A DNA stretch of 63,849 bases, counting the filler, from Reclinomonas americana ATCC 50394 (Eukaryota): the NCBI GenBank assembly GCA_048213135.1. It is 11 parts of 11 records of this genome, joined end to end, with 100 filler letters (N's around TTAATTAATTAA, not from the genome) between each part and the next. Parts side by side here need not be neighbours in the genome. Positions count along the whole stretch, not along the records: positions 27,028 to 43,369 come from AFZH01018161.1; positions 43,470 to 49,817 come from AFZH01018162.1; positions 49,918 to 53,710 come from AFZH01018163.1; positions 53,811 to 62,746 come from AFZH01018164.1; 7 more parts are not named here. One strand, given 5' to 3'. The position numbers and the translations under genes were made by a program. Below the pieces are notes generated by a model. It ran no database searches and had not been told where the DNA came from. It saw only the letters and a program-made list of their open reading frames with translations. This document shows, piece after piece, positions 39,925 to 57,400 of the stretch (within the stretch, counting starts at the first letter, position 1; the number at the start of each line of letters is the position of its first letter).

Positions 39925-41132
39925 TTAGGGTCGCTTTACCACGCGGATTTCGTTGGCCACCATGTACAGAGCCAGCTTCTCCAGCAGCTCCATGAATTCA
40001 CTCTTGCACACAGCCTCTCGTCTCGACCTCTCCACCTCTGCGAACCGCGAGCAGAGGTGAGCGCGTGTTGCGCAGCACTGATGACACACAAGGACTCAAC
40101 TGGTCAGCACCGCCCGCGTGACATTCGATCCGGGAAAGCCCACACGCAACCGCATATCGGTGTTATTCAGCGCTGTGTTGATGATGAATGAGCGTTCTCA
40201 ACGGGGAGGTATAAGCTCGGCACGAAGCAGATGTACGCACTGCCCAGCATGTCCAAGATGTTGAAGTGGATCTCGTGGTTGAGCAGCCACTCGCCGTGAT
40301 CCTGTTCGTTGAGGAGGGTAGTGAGAGAGGCGAAGAGAGAGGCAAGGAGAGGGTGACAGCGAAGAGAGAGAGAGTCGAGACAGTGCAAGGAGAAAGAGTA
40401 CGAACGAATACAAGAGAGACAAGTGTGCAAGTGAGCAACAACAGCGACAAAACAGGAAAGAGAGGGACGGAGGGAGAGAGTGAAGAAGACTAGTGAGAAG
40501 GAGAAGAAGAGTTAAGTGAGCAGGAACAGCGACAAAACGGAAGAAGAGTGAGAGAGGAAGACAAGTGCATCAAGTGATTGACAAGTGAGAAAGAACAGAA
40601 GAGCCAAGTGAACAGCAACAGGGACACGAGGGAGGAGAGAAGAGAAAAAGAGAGGAACAGGGAGACTGTCGCTCTCTGTTGTCTCTCTTTCTCTTCTCGT
40701 CTCTTCCCTTCTCTCCTGTCTTCCGCACCGTATCTTGCAGCGCAAACAACTTATCCAGCGCCTTGGCCACCGCCGGCGACCGCACCCCCGCACGAATCAT
40801 CTCCACCTGCACCAGCGCCTTGGCCACATCCTCCTCAAACACTGCACGCGCACAAACTTGGGACACACACACTCCTCCCTTCCACGCGCAGTCACCAACA
40901 CGCAACGTCCTTCCAGCGACCCGCCCAACATCGCACGCAGCTGCTCCTCCGCATCCTCACGACCCAGCGACACTCCACTCGTGCCTTCACCTGCCTCCTG
41001 CTCCCCCAACAACAACACCGAGGATGACAACTTGACAGGCGACGTCTTTTGCGGCGATGCCACGGACGACACTCCGCTGCTGCCTCCACCACCACCTCCA
41101 CTCCTGTGAGAGGCTCTCGCACGCGAACTCAT
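39925..41132 (-). CDS. Small protein with a degenerate EF-hand pair (multi-exon)
   Basis: ALDKLFALQDT|DHGEWLLNHEIHFNILDML and KVERSRREAVCKSEFMELLEKL follow helix-loop-helix EF spacing but lack several Ca ligands. Confidence 0.5.
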
Positions 41133-41193
41133 TTGATGTATGCGCTCTCTCGTGCAAAATTCAACGGACAAGTCGATCACTGACAGTCTTCGA
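41133..41193. promoter_or_regulatory. Putative very short bidirectional promoter/5'UTR region
   Basis: Only 61 nt separate the divergent predicted ATGs at 41132 (-) and 41194 (+). Confidence 0.45.
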
Positions 41194-43295
41194 ATGGCAC
41201 ACGTGGAGTGGCTCTCCTCTCCGGAGCAGTCTGTGACACTTGCACGCACTGAGCATCGCATTCTGTTGGTGGTCATTGTGGGTGCGGCGCCAATATAGAC
41301 ACTTATATACACAGAGAGACACACAAAGACTGACTTCTTTTGTCTGCGTAGGCACTGACGATGCGTCGAGTGGCACTCGCGAGGCTATAGTCTCAGCACC
41401 GGTGAGAGAGAGTGTGCGTGTGCGTGTGTGTGCGTGTGTGTGTGACTCACATGTGCGCACAGGTTGCGGAGGCTGTGCGCGACACACACGCAGTGCCGCT
41501 GCTGTTGGTCTCAGCGACACCCGAGTTTGCCATGTTTGCGCAGATCTGTTGCGTGTGTGTGCGTGTGTAAGAGAGTTGTGTGTCTCTTTGTGTCTCTTTG
41601 TTGACTGACAACTCGAGATAGATCCTGTGCCGTGGGCTCCGTGTCTGTACGTGCTCGGTCCCGATGGTGTTCCGCTCAAGACGCAAGTGGGCGCGGTTGA
41701 CGGTGACGCACTGGCGCTCATTGTCAAGGAGGCGCAGTTGCGTGTTGACAAGGTGTGATTCCTTTATCGGTTCGGCTCGCTCATAAAGGAGTGACGCACA
41801 TAGTGGAACGCTGTTGGCGCGCTCGCCACGAGAAGTGTCGCAGTCGACGGCGCCGGCTTCACCTCCGGCAGCGCAGTCGCCGTCTGTGCGAGATGCGGAG
41901 CGTGAGCGCTTGCGGGAATTGATGGCGGCGGCCAAGGAGAAACGTGAGCGCGCGGCTGCTGCTGCTGCTACTGCTGCACCAGTGGCGACACCCGCTCCTC
42001 CTCCTCCACCTCCCGCTGCTGCTGCTGTTTCGTCTCCTGCACCAAAGCCCTCGCCGGCTACTGCACCGAGCTCGGCAGCACGCAAGCCGTCGTCGTCTCC
42101 TGCCCCGGCTGCGCCGGCTGCACGGCCTGCACCGCGTGCACCCGACACGCATGCCACGATTCAGGTGCGACTGTGGAACGGCACGGCGCTGCGGCAGCGC
42201 TTCGAGGCGGATGTGACGCTGCAGAGTGTGATTGACTTTGTCGAAGAGGTACACTTTTCATCGGTTTTCTGTGTCTCTGCGGTGTGTCATCTTACAGCTG
42301 GCGCACAGTCGACCGGTGTGAGTAACTTCCGCCTGGTGCAAAATGTGCCGGTTCGGCGCGAGTTTGGGCCCGAGGAGCGAGCTACGACTCTGCGTGATCT
42401 CGAAATGGTGTGTGCGCGAGAGTAATGAGCCTTGACAGTTGGTCATCTGACGCGCGGTGGTGGTTGTGGTGGCGCAGATCCCCAGCATGACGCTGTTCGC
42501 CTTGCTTTGCGAATCGTCGCAGCCATCGTCGTCCGCGGCCATGGCTGGATCGTTTGCGGTGCCGGCGGGTGCCGCCGAGGCAGATGGCGGCGGTGGCATC
42601 ACGTCGCGCGCCATGAGCGTGTTGCGCTGGCTCGGTGGCAAGTGCATGGCCGTACTGAGCCTCGTTGATCCGCGGCGCTGGCTGTCGGGGAGCGGCAGCG
42701 GTAGCGACGCAGGGCTGGAACGGTGTGGAAGGGTGTTTTGTTGTTTCTTTGTGCGTTCTGCGTGGCTGCTAATTGCCGAGTGTGTGCAGCTTGCCTTCGG
42801 AAGATGCCGTCGACGAGCGTGCACGAGCGGGTGCTGGGAGGTGAGCGCGTGAGACAGAGACATACAGACAGATGTTCTTGCCTTGTCGCTCACTGGGATG
42901 CAGTGGTGGGCCGATGCAAGCACCGGCCAAGCCACGCAGCAATGCTGCCGCAGCAGCACCGGCTGGGCGCTCGTATGGACGCGGTGGAAATGTGCACACG
43001 CTGTTCTCCACAGGCATTGCCGACGACGCGCGAGACGAGGAGAAGCCACGCAGAGCAGTTGCGGATATTGCAGTGTCGCCCCCGCGCAATGTTGCGTGGC
43101 TCATGATCGTTATTGCAGGGAGCCGACGACGACGAGTACTGGAACGGCAACTCGGTGGTCTTCCGCGACGAAGACAAGCCCAAGTCGCGTCGCCCGCCAA
43201 GTGGCGGTGCCAGTGGCGACTTCAGTGTGGGCGACGACAGTGACGATGCGGAGGGCAGTGGCAGCGAGGAGGGTTACCCGCGTCCGAGAAAGTGA
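41194..43295 (+). CDS. UBXN4: UBX domain protein, UBXN4/erasin family (p97 adaptor)
   Basis: N-terminal thioredoxin-like fold (FAQIYPVPWAPCLYVLGPDGVPL). UBX domain (TIQVRLWNGTALRQRF...PVRREF...TLRDLEM-IPSMTL). C-terminal GNVHTL...EYWNGNS. Confidence 0.85.
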
Positions 43296-43469
43296 AGAGA
43301 ACAAGAAGATGGCCAGACCAATCAACAACACTTGCATGTCACGTCAGCGTTCGCAGTCACGGAGAGAGANNNNNNNNNNNNNNNNNNNNNNNNNNNNNNN
43401 NNNNNNNNNNNNNTTAATTAATTAANNNNNNNNNNNNNNNNNNNNNNNNNNNNNNNNNNNNNNNNNNNN

Positions 43470-43532
<63 letters not shown>

Positions 43533-44058
43533 GAGGCAAGCGCTTGCCTAGACGGCAGCTGAGCGGACGACGACATCGAACATGCCTTTCGGTTTTTGAC
43601 CAACTTGGGCTTCCTACGACTCCAGCCAAGGGTCAAGGGTCACGGATGCAAGGCCGCATGGTAAAAGGGTGCAAGGGTACAAGAATCAACGGTCACAAGA
43701 AGGGGTCAAGACTGGAGTGCGGAGAGTTCTCAGGATTTCGAATTCCGTTGGGTGCGTAGTTCGTTGGCCAACAAGGCGCTACGAGGCCGGAGGTTGGCCG
43801 AGCCCCGACTATCTACCTCACGACTCACCACAGAGCCTGTTGGTACAAAACGACCTTGCAATGAAGGCAGGGAGCAGCGGCAATATTGCGGAGATTACCG
43901 AACGTCGCACGTCCGTTGAGACGTGTCCCAGCCCGCAACAAACACCGACACACCCGAGGCACACACCGTGACGGCGTCTCTCCGCCCCGCTTGCGGTGTG
44001 CGACACAAACACACACGCACACACGCACGCGCACTCACACACCACTCTCTCCTCAACA

Positions 44059-48960
<4,902 letters not shown>

Positions 48961-49015
48961 TCAATGAATAGTGTTTTGTCATTAACGAGAACAACGCGTT
49001 TGCCATCGCACATCT

Positions 49016-51252
49016 TTACATGACCCAACACTTTTTCTCGGCCCGGGCCTTGGGCCGTGCGTAGTAGTTGTCAATGACAAACTCCTCTGCACGAACCACG
49101 GCCCGGTGCAGTAGTTTTAGTGCCAGTTTGTCCTTGCTGCGCTCCTGCTCCGCCCACTGCGTGTAGTTGTGTATGGGAAACACGTCGCCGTAGTCGGCGC
49201 CCAACACGTCCATGATTTCGCCCTTCTTCTCGTCAAAGATGCCTGCGCCCGCATACACATCGTGCGCACCGGAGCCGTGGCAGTCGATCTTGGTCACGGC
49301 GAACAACGGATCGTAGCCCTCGCCACGAAGCGTGCCGACGAACTTGCACAGGGCGTCGGGTATGCCGTACTGGTTGGCCGGGAACACAAAGATGACCACG
49401 TGCGGTCGCCGCATGAATGGGTGCGCGGCCCAGTCGCCCATCGACACGCCTGTGCAGGGGAGAGAAGGAGGGGGGAAAAGGGGGAAGGGTGAAAAGAGGG
49501 GAAGGGGAAGGGTGAAAAGGGGGGATAAGGGGAAGGGTGAATGAGGGGAAGGGAAAGGGAGAAGAGTGGACGGGAAAGGGTGGAAGGGAAAGGGTGGAAG
49601 GAAAAGGGTGGAAGGAAAAGGGTGGGAGGAAAAGGGTGGAAGGGAAAGGGGGAGACGAAGTGGGGGGAGACGGAGTGGGGAGAGACGGAGTGGGGGGAGA
49701 CGAAGTGGGGGGAGACGAAGTGGGGGGAGACGAAGTGGGGGGAGACGAAGTGGGGGGAGACGAAGTGGGGGGAGACGAAGTGGGGGGAGACGAAGTGGGG
49801 GGAGACGAAGTGGGGGGNNNNNNNNNNNNNNNNNNNNNNNNNNNNNNNNNNNNNNNNNNNNTTAATTAATTAANNNNNNNNNNNNNNNNNNNNNNNNNNN
49901 NNNNNNNNNNNNNNNNNGGCGGAGTGGGGGGAGACGGAGTGGAGGGAGACGAAGTAGGAGGAGACGAAGTGGGAGGAGACGAAGTGGGAGGAGACGAAGT
50001 GGGAGGAGACGCAGTTGGGGGAAGAGAGAGAGAGATGAAAGTGGAGAGACAGATTGGGGGGAGACACAAGTAACGGGAGACGCACAGTGGCAGGAGACAC
50101 AAAGTGGCAGAGACGCAAGAAACCGTGACCATCTCGCTCCCCGCGCCGTTACACTCCGAACTCTCCTGTTCCCCACCACGCACCACCCGACAAGAGTCCC
50201 GACGGCGACACCAAGCACGACGAGTCGAGCACAGCCGACGGATTCCACGACCACAACACTCGCAAGTAGTCCCACACACTCCACTCCGACGACTGCCGTA
50301 TGATGGTGTTTTCTCGCGCCAATCCACGCGTTATCGCCCGTATGTGCTCAATCTGCTGCTTGGCACTGCACACGCGACCAAGCAGCAACGAAAAACTCGT
50401 TCAGCACAGACCAGAAGAGGAGGGCAGAGCAGCACACACCTATGCCGCAGCAGTCCCTTGGTGTCAAACGCTCGAATCGACCGCGCCTGCGACGGATTCA
50501 GCGTGTATCCCGTGTACCGCTGCGTGTGCGAGGCCTCGGCCAGTGCCGAGAACGACGACGATGAGGAAGCCGCCTCCATGGCCGCATCCACTCCATCGGC
50601 GACAATGCCCGACAGTGATCCCGACGAGCCCGACGATGCCAGACCGCCACTGCCACTGGCACTGCCACTGCCGCTGCCTGCTGCACCTGCAGCTGCACTT
50701 ACCACGGCTGTAGGCGCACCTGAGCCGGATGAGGAGGCGCCGCCTGCGCCGGGCAAGAACAAGTCGGGCATCATCACTCCGACTCGACCGACTGGGGCGA
50801 CTGGATGATTGGTGCGTTCGGGGTTGAGCGCGCGGTACATGGTCGACACGAGACTGCTCTTGCCAGTGCCGACCTCTGTGCGCGTGAGAGAGAAGAGAGA
50901 GAAGAAGAGGACATGTCGTCACTTCACGCGCAGAGGAGAATCACGCGAGAATGGCTCTCTCTATATGTGTGCGCGTGAGTGTGTGTGTGGATGTGTGTGT
51001 GTGTGTGTGTCAGTGTACCTCCCACAATGAGAACATTGATCTCTTCCAGAGGGTGTGGGACCATTGTGCGATAGCGCGCTCGCATTTCGGGATCCTCCAC
51101 GGTGAATGAGAGCGGCTCGTACACGCGTAGTCGCTCTCTTAGCTGCAGAGGTGAGAGAAAGAGAGTGAGAGAGTGAGAGAGTGTGTGCGAACGATCGGAA
51201 TGTGAGAGAGAGAGAGAGAGGCGCTGACCTCGTCAAAGCCGATTCGCTCCAT
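49016..51252 (-). CDS. IFI44-like P-loop GTPase without TLDc domain, ending in a CaaX box (KKCWVM)
   Basis: Spliced MERIGFDE|LRERLRVYEP...INVLIVG|EVGTGKSSL (P-loop), HTQRYTGY, AFDTKG (G3), PHVVIFVF, VTKID (G4) and VFPIHNY...KDKLALKLLHRAVVRAEEFV match IFI44 motif order. Confidence 0.8.
49651..50010. repeat. 15-bp G-rich minisatellite (GGAGACGAAGTGGGG)n spanning a gap, intronic
   Basis: Visible on both sides of gap 49818-49917, which supports the scaffold join. Confidence 0.93.
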
Positions 51253-52899
51253 CTCTGCGCACGCGCAAAGGGATGGCAGACAGAGGGCGGGAGGGAAAGG
51301 GCAAGACTGCTGTGCGTGTGTGTGTGTGTGTGTGTTGTCAGAAACTTTCTCGGGACGACGACGAGCGGACACGTGACAGGTGGCTTCCCGAAGGCACGAC
51401 AGCTGCTGGGATACTCAAGTCCAAACAACAATAAGCATGCCAACCTTTACATAAACCCCGGCAACTCTTGCGATCGGAACCGGCGAAGCCTCATTTCCCT
51501 AACTTCGACACTGCGACGTCGCAAAGCGGCCTTGCTCTCACCTGACTGACCCGTGTCGAGCTATCCTATGTATTCTCTGTTACACGTGGCTTCTTTATTT
51601 TTTCGCCTTCCCATCCATTTCTCGTTCCCCTTCTTTATCTTTTTCTGTCTCCAATCCTTCCACAATCGCGATATCGCACTTCCTCTCCCTCTCGTTCTCT
51701 GTCCTTCTCTCGTTGGTGTCTCCCTCTCACCTCTTCTCCCTTCTGTCTGCCCTCATTCTTTGCCTCCCGCATGCCTCCCAAAGTGAAAATCTCGTTGTGT
51801 ACACTGCAACTGTTGCGCGCGGTCTGCCGAGCGCCTCTTGGCGGCTCGACATGAGGGTGGGGGAGGCAAAAACGGAAAGGATCTTGCTGTGGTGGATTAT
51901 TCGCGAACGTGGGTGGACTCTTGTCGGCAGCCGACCGCGTCGTACGTAATCTGCTTGCAGCAGTGCCACTGCAGACGACAAGGGAGTGAGTTCGGTGTGC
52001 ATAAGACGACACACGGGCGGCACGAACCTCCTGCGCGCGATTGGCAGCCGTGCAAGATCGACGAGTGAGTCGCGAGAGAGCAAAGTGACAGACACTCAGG
52101 AACGCTAATCGTAACGCACAAACTGCGGGAGTGGGGTCGCAGTGAGAAAGCGAGCAAGGAGGAAAGAGAGCAGGGAATGCGTGCGCTCAAACCTTGTGCT
52201 GTTAACAATTACATGCGCGAAGAGCAAAAGAGTGTCAATCGTTCATGTTGCGATGACAGAAGCGACGAGACATGAGCACTCACATCCTGCGAGCGGCAGG
52301 GACGAAAGTGAGTCAAACGGAACACAAACAAGCGCAAGAGTGCGAGAGACACTCACAAACTGTGCCGACGGTCCGCGACAAGAATGCGAAGGGAGGTCAG
52401 CAGCTGTGTGAAAGCAACAAAGAACACCAAGGCGAACAAGAGAAACAAACGGCAAACCATCTGCGGGAAACAACCAACAAAACAACAACAACAAGCACAG
52501 AGTTAGTCCCAGTTCGAGCAGCAGCAGCAGCATGCAGGACGTCACACACCGACTACGCAAGAGAGACACGTGCAGGTTAGTCACCGAGGCAGACAGCGGA
52601 GAATAAAGTGCACGATTAACGCAACGAACTGAGAGGTAGACCAGCATGGTGTGACATGGAAAGACACACAGAAGACACAGAACGTGAGTTTGCTGGGCGA
52701 GGCAGGTGCATTCTACAACATGGCAGACGCAACGCCCTGCGACAGCCAACAGCAGCAACACGAGTGTGAGTTACAAAGCACATGTAAGACACGCGTGAGA
52801 GACACGATTCACTCAACAGCCTGCGGGAAACAAACTTAGTGAGTGACGGCAGCGCGAATGAGAGAAGGAGAGTCCACGTCACGCAACTGGGTGGAAACG

Positions 52900-53440
52900 G
52901 CACACTCCCGTTGTGAGATTGTTGACCAGCTTGCCACAGTTCTTGCACTGCAGTACGCGGTGAGAACGAGGGTGGGACACAAATCATTACGCTCGAAAGC
53001 CCGATACCTTCCACATCTGCACGAGTCGCACAGATCGAGTGAGCATGCGGCAACGAGGAAGCAAACAGAAGACAATTGGAGACGCAACGACAGCATCAGC
53101 CGCATTCTTTGCTTGGTGTGTGGCGAGCTGAGGCGAGAGCAGAAGGGAACAGATCAGCAGCAGCAAGCGACAAACACGAACGCGAGAGAGAGACGCACCT
53201 GCGCTCGCATATCCTGCATGTCGTTCTCATGCGTAGTGACCACGGACTCGTGCTTGCTAAACAACATGGCGATCTGCGGAACGGTGAGCACCACATGCCA
53301 CCGAGCTTCACGCCTCGCCAACAACACCACACCTGCTCGTCGCAGTGTCGAAGACGCGTCTCCAGCGACTCGGTCTTCTGCTTCAGCGACGTGACCTGCG
53401 ATGAAAGAGGTGCGCGGTGAGGCACTGCGCACACACACAG

Positions 53441-53474
<34 letters not shown>

Positions 53475-53810
53475 CACCTCCAGTTCACGCAGACGACGCT
53501 CCTCAGTCACCGCAAGGTCCTTCGACGCCCGCTCAGCATCCAGACGCATGATCATCTCACGAGAAAGCTGTGCAAAGGCGAGTGAGTGCCCAGTGAGAAC
53601 AAAGCACACACACTCTCTTACACACACACCTGCTCCCTCTGCGATCGCTCGGCACTGAGTTGCATGCCCCACAGACGCACTTGCTCGTCGACATTGCGCT
53701 GCAACTGTGCNNNNNNNNNNNNNNNNNNNNNNNNNNNNNNNNNNNNNNNNNNNNTTAATTAATTAANNNNNNNNNNNNNNNNNNNNNNNNNNNNNNNNNN
53801 NNNNNNNNNN

Positions 53811-53842
<32 letters not shown>

Positions 53843-54108
53843 TCAGCGACGGAGAAATGCACACAATGTGCTGTGTGCAAAAGAGTGACCTGTTCACGCG
53901 CGGCCTTTTCCACCTCGAGTTCCGCTCGCAACGCGACCTCTTTCTGCACAGACACACACACACACAGAAAGAGAGAAAGAATAGCGTGAGTGTCGTTGGT
54001 GGTTTTGGTGGCGATATCATGCTCATTTACTTGCTCGGTGCTGGTGAGACGCGCTTTGACGGCCGTGAGCTCTTCCACAATGGACTGAACGTGCGCGGGA
54101 AGAGCCAT
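52900..54108 (-). CDS. Coiled-coil protein with possible C-terminal Cys (Zn) motif; 3' end unresolved
   Basis: Short in-phase exons MALPAHVQSIVEELTAVKARLTSTE, KEVALRAELEVEKAAREQ, LSREMIMRLDAER..., VTSLKQKTESLETRL..., then MWK|CKNCGK. Confidence 0.55.
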
Positions 54109-54478
54109 TTTATGTGTGTGTGTTGTGCACGTGTGCGCGCAAAGGAAAACGACAGAGAAATCGATGTTGAATCCACCAAATCGACACCACAGCACACCGA
54201 TATTATAATGTATTGTGGGGAGGTGAGCACACACGCCGTTCTCGCTCTCTCTATCGTCTCCCTCACACGTGCATGCACACACATCTTTGCGCTCTCACTC
54301 TCCTTGTCTCCTTCATACTGTTTCCCACCTTCCTTTTTCGCGCGCGTTTGCATGTTTTTGTTTGGTTCCCCAGCGCAGCGTGTTCTTTCGCCCGCACATC
54401 CACATCCACCTCCTCTCACACGACGCGCACACACACATCTCACCTCTCTGCTGCTTTTGTGTGCAGGGAGTACGTTGC

Positions 54479-57400
54479 ATGTCAGGTGGCACTCGCGATC
54501 GACTCCTCCGCTGGCTGTGCGTCGTCGCACTGCTGTCACTGGCAGTGTTGAGCAGCACTGCAACAGCCGCAAGTGAGTCCACCTTAAAGCACACACACGC
54601 ACGTGCACAGCACAGCACAGCACACGAACATTTGTGAGTGTTCTTTGACTCATTCACGTGCGCGCACTCTCTCTCTATGTGCGGTTCACGCGACTGTCTC
54701 TCAATGCTGCTCGTGTGTGAGCGTGTGCGTGTGTGTGAGAGAGAGAGAGAGTGAAAGTCTGCACATACAGTGCGTGTCTCCATCATCATGATCGTGTCCG
54801 CAGCAGCGCGCTCTCGCAGTATTTTTTTACGCGTCCCCTTTTTCTCTCCCTCTCTCCCTCTTGTGCTCCTCCCCTTTATCGCCCCATTCACAACTGCGAT
54901 AGTGCCCTCTATGCTTTGCGTGCTTTTTTTTCGTGCGAAAGACGACCGTTGAGACTGCATGCACATCATCTTCTCATTTTCGCGCCCATTTTTTGTTCTC
55001 TCAGCGGTCGTCTCGCCGGCCAACATCGCCATCAAGGCCGGCACCGCTGGCCAGATTGTCAACATCAATGTCCTGGGCTCGGCGATTGCCTGGTCGCCTG
55101 CCTCCACGGCCACTCTCTTCCTCGACCGCTCGTGCATGGGCGTGTCGCCGACCACTGTCGTCAACTCCAGCACCATCTCCGCTGCCTCGCTCACCTTCAC
55201 TGCGTCGGGTGATGGCAACGGCGGTGAGCGCTACCTGTGCATCGACGTGGACGGTGCGGGCGCGGCCGCGCGCAACGAGTTTGTGGCCACTGTGTTTGTC
55301 TGTTGCGTGCATGCATTCTCTTTCAATCACATCGCAATCATCATCGCCGCCTCATTGACTCTCCCGGCTTCCTTCCCATCCACGCAGACACCCTTGGTTC
55401 GCAGAACAAGTCGCCGCAGCTGGTCAATGGTCTTGCCGACTTTCGCCTGACGGTGACTGGCCAGCACTTTGCCAATCGCCAACTGGGTGCTGGTGGCGCG
55501 TTTGGCCTGTACTCGGCCGCGGATTGCAGCGGATCGCCGGCTGCAAACTCGAGCGTGACTCTGCAGGCCAGTGATCCGGCTGGCCTGCACATTGACTTCT
55601 CGGTGGCCACTGGTGCATCGTTTGCGCAGGGCGCTCTGGGTGTTACGGCCGCCGGCTCGTGCACACTGGCGTCGCCGGGCGTGTACTACCTGTGTGGCAA
55701 GTTACGTTCATTTGAGGGAGAGTGAGAGAGAGAGAGAGAGGGCGCTGACATTTCTGCTGTGTTCTGCAATCACCTGAGCACTTCACTCCCTTTCGCGATA
55801 TGTATGTTTGTCACACCTTCATCTGGTGTGTCGGCTTTCTCTCTTACCCTCATTCTTTCCGTCTTCGCCTTGTTCTTCTCCCTCTTATCCTTCCCTCGCC
55901 TTCACCTCACTTCGCTCATCATTCTTCCCACGTCCAGGTTCCAGGCCGGTGGCACCGCTGTGTACCGCCTGCAACCCCTCCCACTCATCGTGACCGCCGC
56001 CTCGTCGACTCCTGTGGTTTCCTTCGCTGCTCCACCCGTCCTCAAGTACGGCAAGGCCAACGCGATTGTGATCGGCTCCTCGGCTTACAATCTCACCGAC
56101 TGCACGAGTTTCAAGCTGGTGCCGGCCGGCTTCGATTGCGCCACTCTGTCGGACTACTCGACGCTGACGGGCAGTGTGGGCGCGGTGTTTGTGCGCGGTG
56201 GCGCCGATACCTGTCAGTTCGCGACTGGCTGCCGCCTGTTCCGCGCGACCATCACGCCGAACGGGTCGGTTGGTGGCGGTGCATACAAGTTGTGTGTGGC
56301 GGCCAACAACGGACCGTACATGTCGTCGTCGGAGGCGTTCACCTCCGGCTTCATGACGGATGGTGGCCTCGGTGCGAGTGGCCCGATGCCTGCATCGACT
56401 CCGTTGGCCACTGACGATACCACTACCAAGCCAAGCATGTCAACGCTGGCAGTGACGGCAACCACGATACAGTTCACATTCGCTCGCGAGTTCTTCCGCC
56501 GCCCGCGCGTGTTGCTCGGCTTTGCCAGTGTCGGAAGTCAGCAGCCTGCCGGAAGTATTTCCACTCTTGCCAACGAGCCGAGTGATGGCACGTTTGCATT
56601 CTGTGCGGAGCCGGTGGTGACGGTGTCGCAGCTGTCGACTCGATGCTATGGCGTGTCGACTGACCGCCGACCGGGACCCACCATCACGCTGAGTTGCGTT
56701 CATGATGGAGGGAAAGGTGTGAGTGAAATGTGACTCATCAGCTTCCCTCTGCTTTGCTGCAAATGCAGGCTACCTGGCGTACTATGTGCATCAGACGAAT
56801 GCCCTGTCGATGGATGGTCAGCGCACGCTGACAAGCAAGGCATGGGCGTCGGATGCAGTGAACAAGAACGGCTCGACTGTTGCGTGTTGGTTTGACCGTC
56901 GCCGTGAGCCAGCCTTGGACGCTTAATCACTCTTGTCCACTCTGCACAGCTGGTGAGCGTGTCATCCGCGTACCAGTTTGCGTCGGTGCCAGCCATTCCA
57001 GTGGCCGTCATTGGCGTGCTGTCGATGCGCCAGTCGGCTGCCGGCAACGATGAGCGCGTGCGCGGCGATAATTTTTCGGTGACCAGCAGCTCAGCCTCAC
57101 GCTCCAGCTTCGTCATCAAGGGCACGGTGAACGGCGACTCACGCATGGAGGCTGTCTCTACACGCTTTGCTGTGGCACCGACACGCCCCGACAACACCAA
57201 CAACAGCGGATTCGTCATGCTGTCGGGTGGTGCGTCTCATCCTCCCCTTTGGTTGGAGTGACATCTTTTTGCTATTTATCTGACCCCTTACGTGTGGCAC
57301 AGAGACGACGCACACCAGCACTGCGACGATGCAGACAGCCAGTCTGGTGACTTCGTCGACCCCCAACGGCCTTCTACGTGCCACCATCAGCGTGCAGCTG

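Noticed and set aside
43540..43970. CAAGGG-rich intergenic stretch upstream of the cyclase
   Set aside because: No convincing ORF, terminal repeats or RNA motif.
51370..51570. Possible structured ncRNA (CCCTAAC telomerase-template-like word, UUCG hairpin)
   Set aside because: The matches are too short, and I recognise no snRNA, SRP, RNase P/MRP or telomerase consensus.
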